Below, piece after piece: positions 16,935 through 26,060 of a DNA stretch of 32,000 nt. Below the pieces are notes generated by a model, which did no database searches, was not told where the DNA came from, and saw only the letters and a program-made list of their open reading frames with translations. Origin of the DNA: Sedimentisphaera cyanobacteriorum (GTDB lineage: Bacteria > Planctomycetota > Phycisphaerae > Sedimentisphaerales > Sedimentisphaeraceae); assembly GCF_001997385.1 (NCBI RefSeq), contig NZ_CP019633.1, positions 2,010,001 to 2,042,000 on the forward strand, in the 5' to 3' direction. How positions within the stretch are numbered: position 1 is the stretch's first letter; every line of letters starts with the position of its first letter. The translations under genes were made by a program, and so were the position numbers.

Positions 16935-18302
16935 TCAAACAGATTCAGCCTTCTTCTGGAGCTTTTTCCTTATAACCTCTTCAAGCTCCTCTTTAGGCGG
17001 GATTCTTGAGATGAACGAAATCTCACCGTCAATGCAGACGGTGGGGATATTCTGAACGCCCAGAGCCGCCATAACTTTAAGCCCGTCGCGTGTTTTGATT
17101 TTGTGTTCCTGCCATTCCACTTTGTCTCCGAATTTTCCGCAGACCGCTTTTACCGCATCCACCATATACTGGCAGGGCGCGCAGGCCTCGGAGTCTAAAG
17201 TGATAACGTTTACCGTTACCTTCTGAGTGTCCTGATAATTCGGCAGGCTTATATCCTCGAATTTAATGCTCTCATCGGGCATATTTCTAGCGATTTGCTG
17301 TTCGTATTCATCCTGCACCACCTTCGTAACCGCCTCGAGATTTTTTGGCGGCGTTGCATAGGGCAGATCGCATCCCGGGGCAAGGATGAAACCGGTTTTC
17401 CCTGCGCTGTCAATGCACCGCACAGCATCTTTAGCTGAATCAGTCTCCGAGCCGAGAAGCAGAACTGTAGTGAGCTGGAGGTTTCCGCCAAAGCTCACCT
17501 GCATCCCCTCACACTTCTGTTTCACAAATTCAAGAGAGATATTTTCGTCTATAGAGATGTTTTCCGGTTTGCAGTCCCGCATTGCCTCGATATTCTGCTG
17601 GGCATGCCCGCAAACAAAGAATGAACCGGCCGCACCGTTTGCCCTGATAAACTCAAATATTTCTGAGGCATAGGGAGAAACAAACTGCTTGAACATATCC
17701 GGGCCAATCTGGCTTGTCATCGGGTCAACCAGTGCAATAATATCGCAGCCGGCGTGAATATAGTATTCGCTCATTTTCTTGGCAACTTCGCTGCAGTATG
17801 CGATCAGCTGCTTTACGTAATCCACATCCTCAAACATTTTCATAAATATATCAGTGCCGAGAAGGTGCAGGGCAAGCGTGAAAGGCCCTGTGATTGTTGC
17901 GTAAAGTGCGATATCCGGATTCTTCTGTCTTATTGTCTCGGCGGCTTGCAGAACAGTCTTAATCCTGCCCTCATCCTTTTGGGGCATCCAAAGCTCTTCG
18001 AGTTTTTTGCCTTTAGTCAGCGGGTGTCCGAATACAGCCGGCGGATTGTCCTGCGAGTATTTAACGTCGCATCCGAGCACTTCAGCCTCTATCTGGAGAT
18101 CGAATGTTACCGGCAATCCGTCGGGTTTGTATCTCTCTATCGCCAGCTGAGCTCCCTCGGAGATAAGCTCCGCTGATTTGAAATACTCCTCCGCTCCTAT
18201 TCCCAGAAGCGAGGCCGCATGGCTGCCCACAAAAGGAACCCAAGGTATGCGGTCGGTTTCTCTGCACCTGATAGCGTTTAGTACTCTTTCTCTGCCTGTC
18301 AT
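16935..18302 (-). CDS. uroporphyrinogen decarboxylase (URO-D)/MtaA-CmuA-like family protein fused to a C-terminal thioredoxin-like (Thioredoxin_3/MTH895-type) domain
   Basis: N-terminus MTGRERVLNAIRCRETDRIPWVP and the ILAPGCDLPYATP segment are typical of MtaA-like URO-D family proteins. The last 90 aa or so carry CAPC plus IPTVCIDGE...PPKEELEE, as in small redox-active disulfide proteins. Confidence 0.8.
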   Translation of the reverse strand: MTGRERVLNAIRCRETDRIPWVPFVGSHAASLLGIGAEEYFKSAELISEGAQLAIERYKPDGLPVTFDLQIEAEVLGCDVKYSQDNPPAVFGHPLTKGKKLEELWMPQKDEGRIKTVLQAAETIRQKNPDIALYATITGPFTLALHLLGTDIFMKMFEDVDYVKQLIAYCSEVAKKMSEYYIHAGCDIIALVDPMTSQIGPDMFKQFVSPYASEIFEFIRANGAAGSFFVCGHAQQNIEAMRDCKPENISIDENISLEFVKQKCEGMQVSFGGNLQLTTVLLLGSETDSAKDAVRCIDSAGKTGFILAPGCDLPYATPPKNLEAVTKVVQDEYEQQIARNMPDESIKFEDISLPNYQDTQKVTVNVITLDSEACAPCQYMVDAVKAVCGKFGDKVEWQEHKIKTRDGLKVMAALGVQNIPTVCIDGEISFISRIPPKEELEEVIRKKLQKKAESV

Positions 18303-18625
18303 AATATTTCCCCTAATTGCTTAATAGTTGTTTTGATGGTAGTATTCTAAAGCAAAAGTGGGAATTATTCTTTAACTATCCAAGCTATTAGTAGCAGTAT
18401 TGTGCTAAAATGCTTTGAAAAATTAAGCAGCGGAAAACTCTTTAGCACTTTTTTGCTGTGCATTTTAGTAAATCTGCTGCAAATCAAAACGCAGGCCTCT
18501 GCCGCCGAAATCTCTAAGCGTTAAGACCGGATTAAAAGACTTTTTGTTAATGCTTGACAGTATGAAAACTTCAGATGTTAAAATGCTCAGTGTAAAAATT
18601 GATCAAGCAAGGTTATTTCTGCAAT

Positions 18626-19810
18626 TTACTCAGCAAGTCTATAAATCTCGCTGCCTGCAAGGAGGAATGCCCCGAGGGCGTAATCCTCAAAATTCGGCTT
18701 TTTATCGTATTTTACAGGCTGGCCGTCCGAGGGCTGCTTGCCAGTGCTCTGGACATATCCGAGAAAACCGTCTGTGTGCAGGGCGTGTTCAGTCATAGCG
18801 ACCCAGCCCTTAATTGCAGCGGGCATATAATCAGCGGGCTCGAGCAGGCCGTTATTGATTCCCCAAGCCATCCCGTAAACAAAGAAAGCGGTTCCGCTGA
18901 GCTCCCTGCCGCCGAAATGCTCGGGGTCGTGGAGGCTTACGTCCCAGAACCCGTCTTCCCGCTGAACCTCTTTAATCGCCTTAGACATATCTTTGAAATC
19001 CTTGATGTATTCGTTCCTGTGCGGCGCGTTTTCCGGAAGCACATCCAGCACCCTTGCAAGCGCAGCATACACCCAGCCGTTTCCCCGAGACCAGTAGCAG
19101 TTTTTCCCGTTAGGGGTTGTGTATGGCGGGTCGAAATCCTTATCTCTCCACCACAATCCATGTTCGGGATTGTAGAGACCGCTGTCGCCGTGTTTGTTTC
19201 TGGTATAGGAATACATCTCATACATCCTCCCGAAATACTTATCATCCCCGCATACCACCCCGAGCTTTGCAAAAACGGGCATCGCCATCTGAATCGCATC
19301 GATCCAGTTCCAGTCGTCAATTTTTTCGCTGCTCACCATACGATCAATGCTCTTTTTGATCTTGGCGATCCTTTCAGGCTCGGGCTTTATCTGATACAGC
19401 TCGATATAGGTTTGGCCGCAGCATTGATTATCTGCGTTTCGGGTTTTGGTGCCTCCCCACATGCCCCAGTCGTGCGATTCGCCCCACTCTACTGCATAAT
19501 CATAGTATTGCTGACTTTGGCTTTCTTCCGGCTCGATTCTGTAAAGCGCCATAAGCCCTTCGTAATATGTTCCGCGAGTCCAGATATTGCTCGGTCTTCG
19601 CCTGTCGGTAACAGTATCCTCGCCCGGGTTCGGCCATTTATCCATGAAATACTCATTTGCAAGCCGCATATTGCTGAGGATGCTCTCTTTTTTCAAGAGC
19701 GCCGTTTCTTCATTGTCTAAGGCTGCATCGCCTGCACCTGAGACAATCGAGCTTGATACGATAAGAAGTGTGAAACAAAATGACAATACGTAAAGACAGC
19801 TTTTGTACAT
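18626..19810 (-). CDS. secreted glycoside hydrolase family 105 (unsaturated rhamnogalacturonyl/uronyl hydrolase, YteR-like)
   Basis: Signal peptide MYKSCLYVLSFCFTLLIVSSSIVSGA. NWIDAIQMAMPVFA, YWSRGNGWVYAALARVLDVLPENAPHR and ELSGTAFFVYGMAWG resemble the YteR/YesR motifs. Confidence 0.8.
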   Translation of the reverse strand: MYKSCLYVLSFCFTLLIVSSSIVSGAGDAALDNEETALLKKESILSNMRLANEYFMDKWPNPGEDTVTDRRRPSNIWTRGTYYEGLMALYRIEPEESQSQQYYDYAVEWGESHDWGMWGGTKTRNADNQCCGQTYIELYQIKPEPERIAKIKKSIDRMVSSEKIDDWNWIDAIQMAMPVFAKLGVVCGDDKYFGRMYEMYSYTRNKHGDSGLYNPEHGLWWRDKDFDPPYTTPNGKNCYWSRGNGWVYAALARVLDVLPENAPHRNEYIKDFKDMSKAIKEVQREDGFWDVSLHDPEHFGGRELSGTAFFVYGMAWGINNGLLEPADYMPAAIKGWVAMTEHALHTDGFLGYVQSTGKQPSDGQPVKYDKKPNFEDYALGAFLLAGSEIYRLAE

Positions 19811-19993
19811 TTTAAAGACCCTTTAATAAAAACCATATAAAATCTCTGAGCCCATTGAAATACCCCTAATCAAAGGCTCGTTTACCGCAGTTTTCAGGTT
19901 ACAAAAAAAATACTGAATATGCAATAATAATTTGCCCGTTCGATTTTCCAATTTCGCTTGACTTAACCCCTCTTCTCAATCTAATACCCCGCT

Positions 19994-20965
19994 ATGCTGA
20001 AAATCGGAGACTTAACATTATCGTGTCCGCTGATATCTGCCCCGCTCAGCGGCTATACAAACTGGGCAATGCGAAATATCTGCAGGGACTTCGGGGCAGA
20101 GCTCACTTTCCCCGGGGTGTTTCTGGCAAAATCCGCAGCGATGCCGAAGGTGCTAAGCAAGCAGTGCTTCAGGCCTTATCCGGGAGAGGAGCTTCTCGGC
20201 GCCCAGATTATGGGCACAGACCCCGAGATTATGGCAAAGGCAGCCAAGGATCTCGAACGCACGGGCTACAAGCTTTTAGACCTCAATTTCGCCTGCCCAG
20301 CACCGAAGGTTTTGAGGCGGGGAAGAGGCGGTCATATGCTCTCGAAGCCTGAGGCCGTGGGCGAGATTTTCGAGAGGGTGCGCGGGAGCATCAGCCTGCC
20401 GATATCTGTAAAGCTCAGGACAGGCTTCGACAGCAGCCCAGAATCGCTTGAGAGCTTTTATCAAATCTGCGAAAAGCTCAGCCGGCTCGGGGCAGATGCG
20501 CTGGTTATCCACGGGCGGACAACGCTCCAGAAGTATTCCGGCTCTGCGAACTGGGAGCCGATATATGAAATCAAACGCCTTCATCCCGAGCTAACTGTAA
20601 TCGGCAGCGGCGATATCTTTTCCCCCGAGTCTGCAGCTGAAAAGCTCAATGCCGGCTTAGACGGCGTTTTGCTTGCAAGGGGGATCGTGGGAAATCCATG
20701 GCTGATAAGCGAGGCAAGAGCGATTGTCGAAGGCAGAGAAAAACCGGCCCCGCCCACCGTTCAGGAGGCTGGCGAGGTGATGATTAGGCATATCAGGCTT
20801 CTGCAGCAGATTCAGGAGGAGGGAAGGGTAACGAGATTCTTCCGAAAGTTCGCCTCTCAGTACTGCAAACGGCATCCAGAGAGGAAGAAGGTGGTGCTGG
20901 AAATTATGGAGGCAGAAATAGAAACGCAGCTTCTCGAGATAATCAAACGAAATTTCAACTGCTGA
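19994..20965 (+). CDS. dus: tRNA-dihydrouridine synthase
   Basis: LDLNFACPAPKV, VKLRTG, IHGRT and GSGDI motifs of the Dus family. Confidence 0.88.
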   Translation: MLKIGDLTLSCPLISAPLSGYTNWAMRNICRDFGAELTFPGVFLAKSAAMPKVLSKQCFRPYPGEELLGAQIMGTDPEIMAKAAKDLERTGYKLLDLNFACPAPKVLRRGRGGHMLSKPEAVGEIFERVRGSISLPISVKLRTGFDSSPESLESFYQICEKLSRLGADALVIHGRTTLQKYSGSANWEPIYEIKRLHPELTVIGSGDIFSPESAAEKLNAGLDGVLLARGIVGNPWLISEARAIVEGREKPAPPTVQEAGEVMIRHIRLLQQIQEEGRVTRFFRKFASQYCKRHPERKKVVLEIMEAEIETQLLEIIKRNFNC

Positions 20966-21018
20966 TATAATTCACATTACAATAAACCAAACAAAATGCT
21001 CTGGACGAGAGTTAGGTT

Positions 21019-21027
21019 TTATCCACA
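21019..21027 (+). promoter_or_regulatory. perfect consensus DnaA box TTATCCACA
   Basis: Exact 9-mer read in the sequence. Confidence 0.5.
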
Positions 21028-21092
21028 TATTTTATGTCTTTTTACCACGAAGTCATAGAAAGACACGAAGGGGATATGTTTTGGTAAAACTA

Positions 21093-21101
21093 TTATCCAC
21101 A
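21093..21101 (+). promoter_or_regulatory. perfect consensus DnaA box TTATCCACA (second copy, same orientation)
   Basis: Exact 9-mer read in the sequence, 74 bp after the first copy. Confidence 0.5.
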
Positions 21102-21323
21102 GATGACACTGATCGCACAGATAATTTTATGAATGTAAGAGCTTGCTGTAAAACAATTTATAACAAAACTTCCTGCCCTTCGAGCCCTTCGCGGTTTAAA
21201 CCAATCCCACTTGGTTCAAAACAAATTACCCGCCCAAAAAATCTTCCTCCGTTTACTCTCCGACTGCGGTAAATGGTTTTGCCAAGCCTGTCCGCCGAAG
21301 GCGGAGAACAAGCGGACAGATTC

Positions 21324-21379
21324 GTGGCAAGTGGCGAGTGGCAAGTGGCGTGTGGCGAGTGGCGAGTAGCAAGTGGCAA
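21324..21379. repeat. heptanucleotide tandem array (GTGGCRA) x 8
   Basis: Units read directly: gtggcaa gtggcga gtggcaa gtggcgt gtggcga gtggcga gtagcaa gtggcaa. Confidence 0.9.
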
Positions 21380-21721
21380 AATCATCAGTGAGAATTAGCG
21401 TGAATTAGTGGTTAGTAATTCCTCAGCACATCTTAAAGCTCCTCTTCGCCGGTAATCTGAGACCTTTTTAGAAAAGCCCTGCCAATTGTCGCATACTGCA
21501 GATCAGCCCAAGCAAAAAGCACTTTACAAGACTTTGAAAAGCCTTTATAATACCGCACAATACATACGGAGGATTCCTTTCTTTAAGCAGGGAAAAATGA
21601 CAAAGCATACAAACACCGCACCTGATTCAATGCAGGTTAGAACAAGGCAGGGGTTCAAAGACAGCCTCAATAAATATGTCCAGATTTACAGAGAATGTCA
21701 AAAGGCCGATGGAGCAGGATA

Positions 21722-22747
21722 ATGTCAGGCAGTCAGGATAAGAATTTGAGCGGGCAGAACGATATAATTATCTATAACAGCCCAGACGGCAAGTCTTCAG
21801 TGCGGCTTTATTCCAAAGACGGCACGCTATGGCTCAATCAGTATCAGATTGCTGAACTTTTTGCCACCTCTAAGCAAAACATTGGCCAGCATATAGCTAA
21901 AATACTAAATGACAAAGAGTTAGACAAAAATTCAGTTGTAAAGAATTACTTTACAACTGCCGATGACGGCAAAAATTACAGCGTTACTTATTACGCTCTT
22001 GATATGATTTTGGCGATTGGTTTCCGAGTAAGAGGAAAGAGAGGCACCCAATTCAGGACTTGGGCAAACCGAAACCTCAAGGAGTATATGGTTAAAGGGT
22101 TTGTGGTTGACGATGAAAGGCTTAAAAATCCTGACGGGAGACCGGATTATTTCGACGAGCTTTTAGAGCGAATACGTGATATACGGGCATCGAAAAAAAG
22201 TTTTTATCAGAAACTTAAAGATTTGTTTTCTTTGAGCAGCGATTATGACAAAACAGATAAAGCAGCGCAGATGTTCTTCGCTGAAACGCAGAATAAACTC
22301 ATCTATGCCGTTACCGGCAAAACTGCCGCTGAGCTTATTGTCTCCAGAGCCGATGCTGATAAGCCCAATATGGCTCTTACCTCTTGGGAAGGCTCTATAG
22401 TGCGAAAGAGGGATATTTTTACTGCTAAAAATTATCTCTTCAAAGATGAAATCGACACACTGAGCCGACTTGTAACAGTATTTTTGGAGACAGCAGAATT
22501 AAGGGCAAAAGAACGCAGAGATTTAACGCTCGATTTCTGGCGGGATAATGCCAAAAGAATCATCCAGCTTAGCGATAGGAAGATACTCAAAGACCGGGGT
22601 TCGGTAAGCAATAAACAGATGGAAGAAACGGCAAGGCAGATATACCAGCAATTTGATGAAAAAAGAAAAGCTTTTGAGGCTCGAAAAGCAGACTTGGAAG
22701 AAATTAGAGAAATAGAAAACCAAGTCGAAAAGAGATCTCAGCATTAA
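21722..22747 (+). CDS. rhuM: RhuM-family protein (virulence protein RhuM / COG3943)
   Basis: IIIYNSPDGKSSVRLYSKDGTLWLNQYQIAELF...YYALDMILAIGFRVRGKRGTQFRTWANRNLKEY matches the conserved RhuM core. The track starts at 21695. ATG 21722 is preferred because GGAG lies upstream. Confidence 0.85.
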   Translation: MSGSQDKNLSGQNDIIIYNSPDGKSSVRLYSKDGTLWLNQYQIAELFATSKQNIGQHIAKILNDKELDKNSVVKNYFTTADDGKNYSVTYYALDMILAIGFRVRGKRGTQFRTWANRNLKEYMVKGFVVDDERLKNPDGRPDYFDELLERIRDIRASKKSFYQKLKDLFSLSSDYDKTDKAAQMFFAETQNKLIYAVTGKTAAELIVSRADADKPNMALTSWEGSIVRKRDIFTAKNYLFKDEIDTLSRLVTVFLETAELRAKERRDLTLDFWRDNAKRIIQLSDRKILKDRGSVSNKQMEETARQIYQQFDEKRKAFEARKADLEEIREIENQVEKRSQH

Positions 22748-22863
22748 GATATAAGCCCGCAGCTTTGCCCCCTGCTTTATTTGCTGTTTACAATCCTTGC
22801 GTAGGAATATAGAATAACATCAGTGTTTCAACTTCGCTAACCACCCGAAACAGGAAACAGGAA

Positions 22864-24336
22864 ATGAGCTTAAAAATATATAATTCGCTAACCAGAGAGA
22901 AAGAGAGCTTCAAGCCGATCAATGAAGGTTCAGTTGGTATGTACGTATGCGGGCCTACCGTTTACGGCGATGCCCACCTCGGACACGCAAAAAGCTACGT
23001 AAGCTTCGACATCATCGCCCGATACATCGAATACCTCGGCTACGATCTGACATACGTTCAGAACATAACAGACGTAGGCCATCTCACAGACGACGCCGAC
23101 GAAGGGGAAGACAAGCTTGCAGTGGCGGCGAAGAAGCAGAAAAAGCATCCGATGGCGCTGGCCGAATACTACACCGCCAGCTACTTCGAGGATATGGACA
23201 AGCTCAACTGCCGCAGGCCGGATATCAGCCCGAGGGCCACAGGGCACATCCCCGAGCAGATAGAGCTTATCGAAAAACTTATAGACGCCGGCCACGCATA
23301 CGAGGTGAACGGCTCGGTATATTTCGATGTTACAAGCTTCAAAGGCTACGGCAAGCTCTCCGGCAGGAATCTTGAGGATATGCTCAGCGGAACGCGTGTG
23401 GATGTGAAATCGGAAAAGAAGCACCCCGCAGACTTCGCCCTTTGGAAAAAGGCAGAGCCGAACCATATAATGCAGTGGAAGAGCCCTTGGGGGATGGGAT
23501 ATCCGGGCTGGCATCTGGAATGCTCGGTGATGAGTATGAAGTATCTCGGGGATACAATCGACATCCACGGCGGCGGGCTGGAGAATAAATTCCCGCACCA
23601 CGAATGCGAAATCGCCCAGTCCGAAGCGGTAACCGAATGCCCCTTCGTGAAATACTGGCTGCACAACAATATGGTTACCGTTGATGGAACGAAGATGGGC
23701 AAAAGCCTGAACAACTTCATCAACCTGAAGCAGGTGTTCGCCGGCAGCCATGAACGTCTCAGCAAGGCCTACGACCCGCTTGCTGTTCGTATGCTGATCC
23801 TCAACAGCCACTACCGAAGCCCTCTGGACTTCTCCGATGCGGCTCTTTCTGCGGCGGAAAGCGGGCTCGATAAGATATCTTCGGCTGTGAAGGCCGTTAG
23901 AAGGGCGGCCGAGAAGGCCCCTGAAGGCGAGATGAATCCGAAGGTGCAAAAGCAGCTTGAGGGCCTTCGCCACCGCTTCGAGAAGGCGATGAACGACGAT
24001 TTCAACACGAGTGTTGCGCTGTCTGTGCTGTATGAGCTGGTAAAGCTTGCAGAAAAGGAAGCGGGCAAAGCAAACAGGGCATCGCTTAATGCAGTTGATG
24101 AGCTCTTCAGCTCGCTGGGCGGGGATGTGCTGGGCGTTGTGCGCGAGAGCTACCCCGAAGATTCCAAAGCGCTTACAGACCTCGCAGACTACCTTATGCA
24201 GGATGTAATCGAGAAACGCGCCAAGGCCAGAGCCGAGAAAAACTTCCAAGAGGCAGACCGCATAAGAGACGAGATGGCAAAGTTCGGCGTTACCTTCAAA
24301 GACACCCCAAACGGAACTGAATGGGTTATGCAGTAA
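22864..24336 (+). CDS. cysS: cysteine--tRNA ligase
   Basis: HLGHA (HIGH), GWHLECS zinc site and KMGKSLNN (KMSKS). Length 490 aa. Confidence 0.95.
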   Translation: MSLKIYNSLTREKESFKPINEGSVGMYVCGPTVYGDAHLGHAKSYVSFDIIARYIEYLGYDLTYVQNITDVGHLTDDADEGEDKLAVAAKKQKKHPMALAEYYTASYFEDMDKLNCRRPDISPRATGHIPEQIELIEKLIDAGHAYEVNGSVYFDVTSFKGYGKLSGRNLEDMLSGTRVDVKSEKKHPADFALWKKAEPNHIMQWKSPWGMGYPGWHLECSVMSMKYLGDTIDIHGGGLENKFPHHECEIAQSEAVTECPFVKYWLHNNMVTVDGTKMGKSLNNFINLKQVFAGSHERLSKAYDPLAVRMLILNSHYRSPLDFSDAALSAAESGLDKISSAVKAVRRAAEKAPEGEMNPKVQKQLEGLRHRFEKAMNDDFNTSVALSVLYELVKLAEKEAGKANRASLNAVDELFSSLGGDVLGVVRESYPEDSKALTDLADYLMQDVIEKRAKARAEKNFQEADRIRDEMAKFGVTFKDTPNGTEWVMQ

Positions 24337-24356
24337 CCGGTTTTCAGCAGGAAATA

Positions 24357-26045
24357 ATGATGGCAAATTTTGGCTTCGGATCAAGGAACGAAACCTTTAC
24401 CGAAATGTTCGGTAACGGCAGGGGCTTCTATGTGCCGAAATTCCAAAGGGACTACAGCTGGGGCGAAGAGCAGTGGGACGATTTCTGGCAGGACCTCGCA
24501 GAGCTTCAGGCATCGGGTGAGAAAGGCTCGCAGGAGCCTGGCGAATCCTTCCATTATATGGGATATCTTGTGCTTGAGGGCTCCGGCGGGAAAAACTTCC
24601 GCATAATCGACGGCCAGCAGAGAATCACCACAATAAACCTTATGATACTCTCTGCCTTGAAGGTTCTCAGAGGCCTCAGCGACCAAGAAAACAGCGAAAA
24701 CGAGCAGAGAGAAGAGCAGATTAGAAACCGTTTCATAGGCGAGATGGATTATGTTTCGCTTCTAACAAACAGAAAGCTCCATCTCAACGCAAACAACGAC
24801 CGTTTTTACGAACAAACGCTCGTGCAGCTTGAGGATATGCCCGCAAGGAGGCTGAGCAAGTCTAACGATCTGCTGAAGAAGGCCTTTAACTGGTATTATG
24901 AACGTATCGCCGAAAGCTGCAAGACCAGCATAGATATCGCAAACTTCATAAGCCGTCTTACCGAGCAGCTCTTTTTCACAACCATCTATGTGCGTGATGA
25001 GATAAACGCATACTCAGTTTTTGAAACGCTCAATGCAAGAGGCGTGCAGCTCTCGCCGACAGATCTTGTGAAGAATTATTTCTTCTCAATCGTTGATAAC
25101 AACGCAGAATATTTTGATGCCGTTGACAGAGACTGGAGAGAGATAATAGAAATCCTGCAGTCTGAGCAGATCCCCGATTTTCTGAGGATATACTGGAACA
25201 GCAGAAGAAAGCTTTGCAGAAAGAGCCGGCTTTTCAAATCGCTCAAGAAAGAAATAAAAAGCGAAAAGCAGGTTTTTGATTTTCTCAGAGATTTCCGGAA
25301 CAACGCAGATATCTACAGGGTGTTCAAAAATCCCGAAGAGGGCGATTTAGACCCCGAACAGAAGATGCTGCTCAAAGAGCTTAAGCTCTTCAGGGTAAAA
25401 CAGCCCTACCCGCTTCTGCTGAGATGTTTTAAGATGTTTAAGACCTCTGATTTTACCAAAATCCTCAAGGCCTGCAGCATTCTTTCATTCAGGTATAATG
25501 TTATCTGCGGGCTTAATCCAAATGAGCAGGAAAAGGAGTACAACAAAATCTGTCTTGAGCTCGACCATGAAAAAGAGGCAGGATTTGTGATTGAAAGGCT
25601 TAGGGAGATTATGCCTCCCGACGAGACCTTCAAATCACATTTTGAAACTAAAACGCTGCCGAAAAGCAGGAACAAAATTGCAAGATATATCCTGCTTGAG
25701 CTGCCGAAAAGCAGGAACAAATTGGACATAAGCTTTGAAAGCAGTAAGTACGATATCGAGCATATACTTCCGACAAACCCGCAAGAGGAAAACTGGCAGG
25801 AATTCAGCAGCGAAAACCTCAATATCTTCAGCGAGCGAATCGGAAACCTCTGCCTGCTTAAAAAGAAAGAAAACCAGCATCTGGGCAATAAACCATACAT
25901 ATACAAGCTCGATGTTTACAAAAACAGCAAATTTAAAACAACACAGGCAATAGCAGAGTACTATCCGCAGCACTGGACACCTGAAGCGATAGATTCAAGG
26001 CAGAAGGAAATGGCAAGGCTTGCCTGCGAAATATGGCGGTTTTGA
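24357..26045 (+). CDS. DUF262 + DUF1524 protein (GmrSD-like type IV restriction/modification-dependent nuclease architecture)
   Basis: N-terminus FYVPKFQRDYSWGEEQWDDFWQDL and IIDGQQRITT (DUF262 DGQQR). C-terminal His-Me finger-like DIEHILP...IGNLCLLKKKENQHLGN (DUF1524). The track starts at ATG 24321 inside the cysS 3' end. ATG 24357 is preferred because AGGAA lies upstream. Confidence 0.85.
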   Translation: MMANFGFGSRNETFTEMFGNGRGFYVPKFQRDYSWGEEQWDDFWQDLAELQASGEKGSQEPGESFHYMGYLVLEGSGGKNFRIIDGQQRITTINLMILSALKVLRGLSDQENSENEQREEQIRNRFIGEMDYVSLLTNRKLHLNANNDRFYEQTLVQLEDMPARRLSKSNDLLKKAFNWYYERIAESCKTSIDIANFISRLTEQLFFTTIYVRDEINAYSVFETLNARGVQLSPTDLVKNYFFSIVDNNAEYFDAVDRDWREIIEILQSEQIPDFLRIYWNSRRKLCRKSRLFKSLKKEIKSEKQVFDFLRDFRNNADIYRVFKNPEEGDLDPEQKMLLKELKLFRVKQPYPLLLRCFKMFKTSDFTKILKACSILSFRYNVICGLNPNEQEKEYNKICLELDHEKEAGFVIERLREIMPPDETFKSHFETKTLPKSRNKIARYILLELPKSRNKLDISFESSKYDIEHILPTNPQEENWQEFSSENLNIFSERIGNLCLLKKKENQHLGNKPYIYKLDVYKNSKFKTTQAIAEYYPQHWTPEAIDSRQKEMARLACEIWRF

Positions 26046-26060
26046 GATTGGGCAAATGCT

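Noticed and set aside
18554-18584. A sigma70-like plus-strand promoter: TTGACA, then TG-n-TAAAAT (extended -10).
   Set aside because: The spacer is 19 nt, which is long. The element points into the 3' end of the minus-strand GH105 gene, with no plus-strand gene downstream. It lies in AT-rich DNA where such matches arise by chance. An antisense RNA cannot be excluded but is unsupported.
18303-18625. I looked for a cobalamin riboswitch upstream of the URO-D/MtaA-like gene. I also noted a 9-bp inverted repeat, CTAAAATGC (18405-18413) with GCATTTTAG (18460-18468).
   Set aside because: The leader is AT-rich and has no B12-box-like GC-rich core that I can recognise. The 9-bp repeat arms are 46 nt apart in AT-rich DNA and could be fortuitous.
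21324-21379. Whether the tandem array could be a CRISPR array.
   Set aside because: The units are contiguous 7-mers with no spacers, and there are no cas genes. It is a microsatellite-like array.
21158-21385. A 75-aa minus-strand ORF (MILPLATRHSPHATCHSPLAT...) and a 63-aa plus-strand ORF at 21081-21272, both in the dus-rhuM gap.
   Set aside because: Their sequences are direct translations of the heptamer array and the other short DNA repeats. They have no RBS and no protein-like composition.
22930-24384. A 484-aa ORF antisense to cysS. Similar long antisense ORFs lie at 3519-4496 (opposite mnmA), 10891-12288 (opposite GH172) and 18599-19720 (opposite GH105).
   Set aside because: In all four cases the antisense frame is codon-aligned with the sense gene, since the triplet boundaries share the same coordinate modulo 3. 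Stops can then arise only from sense TTA, CTA or TCA codons, which these genes avoid. The translations are low-complexity and carry no motifs, so they are shadow ORFs.
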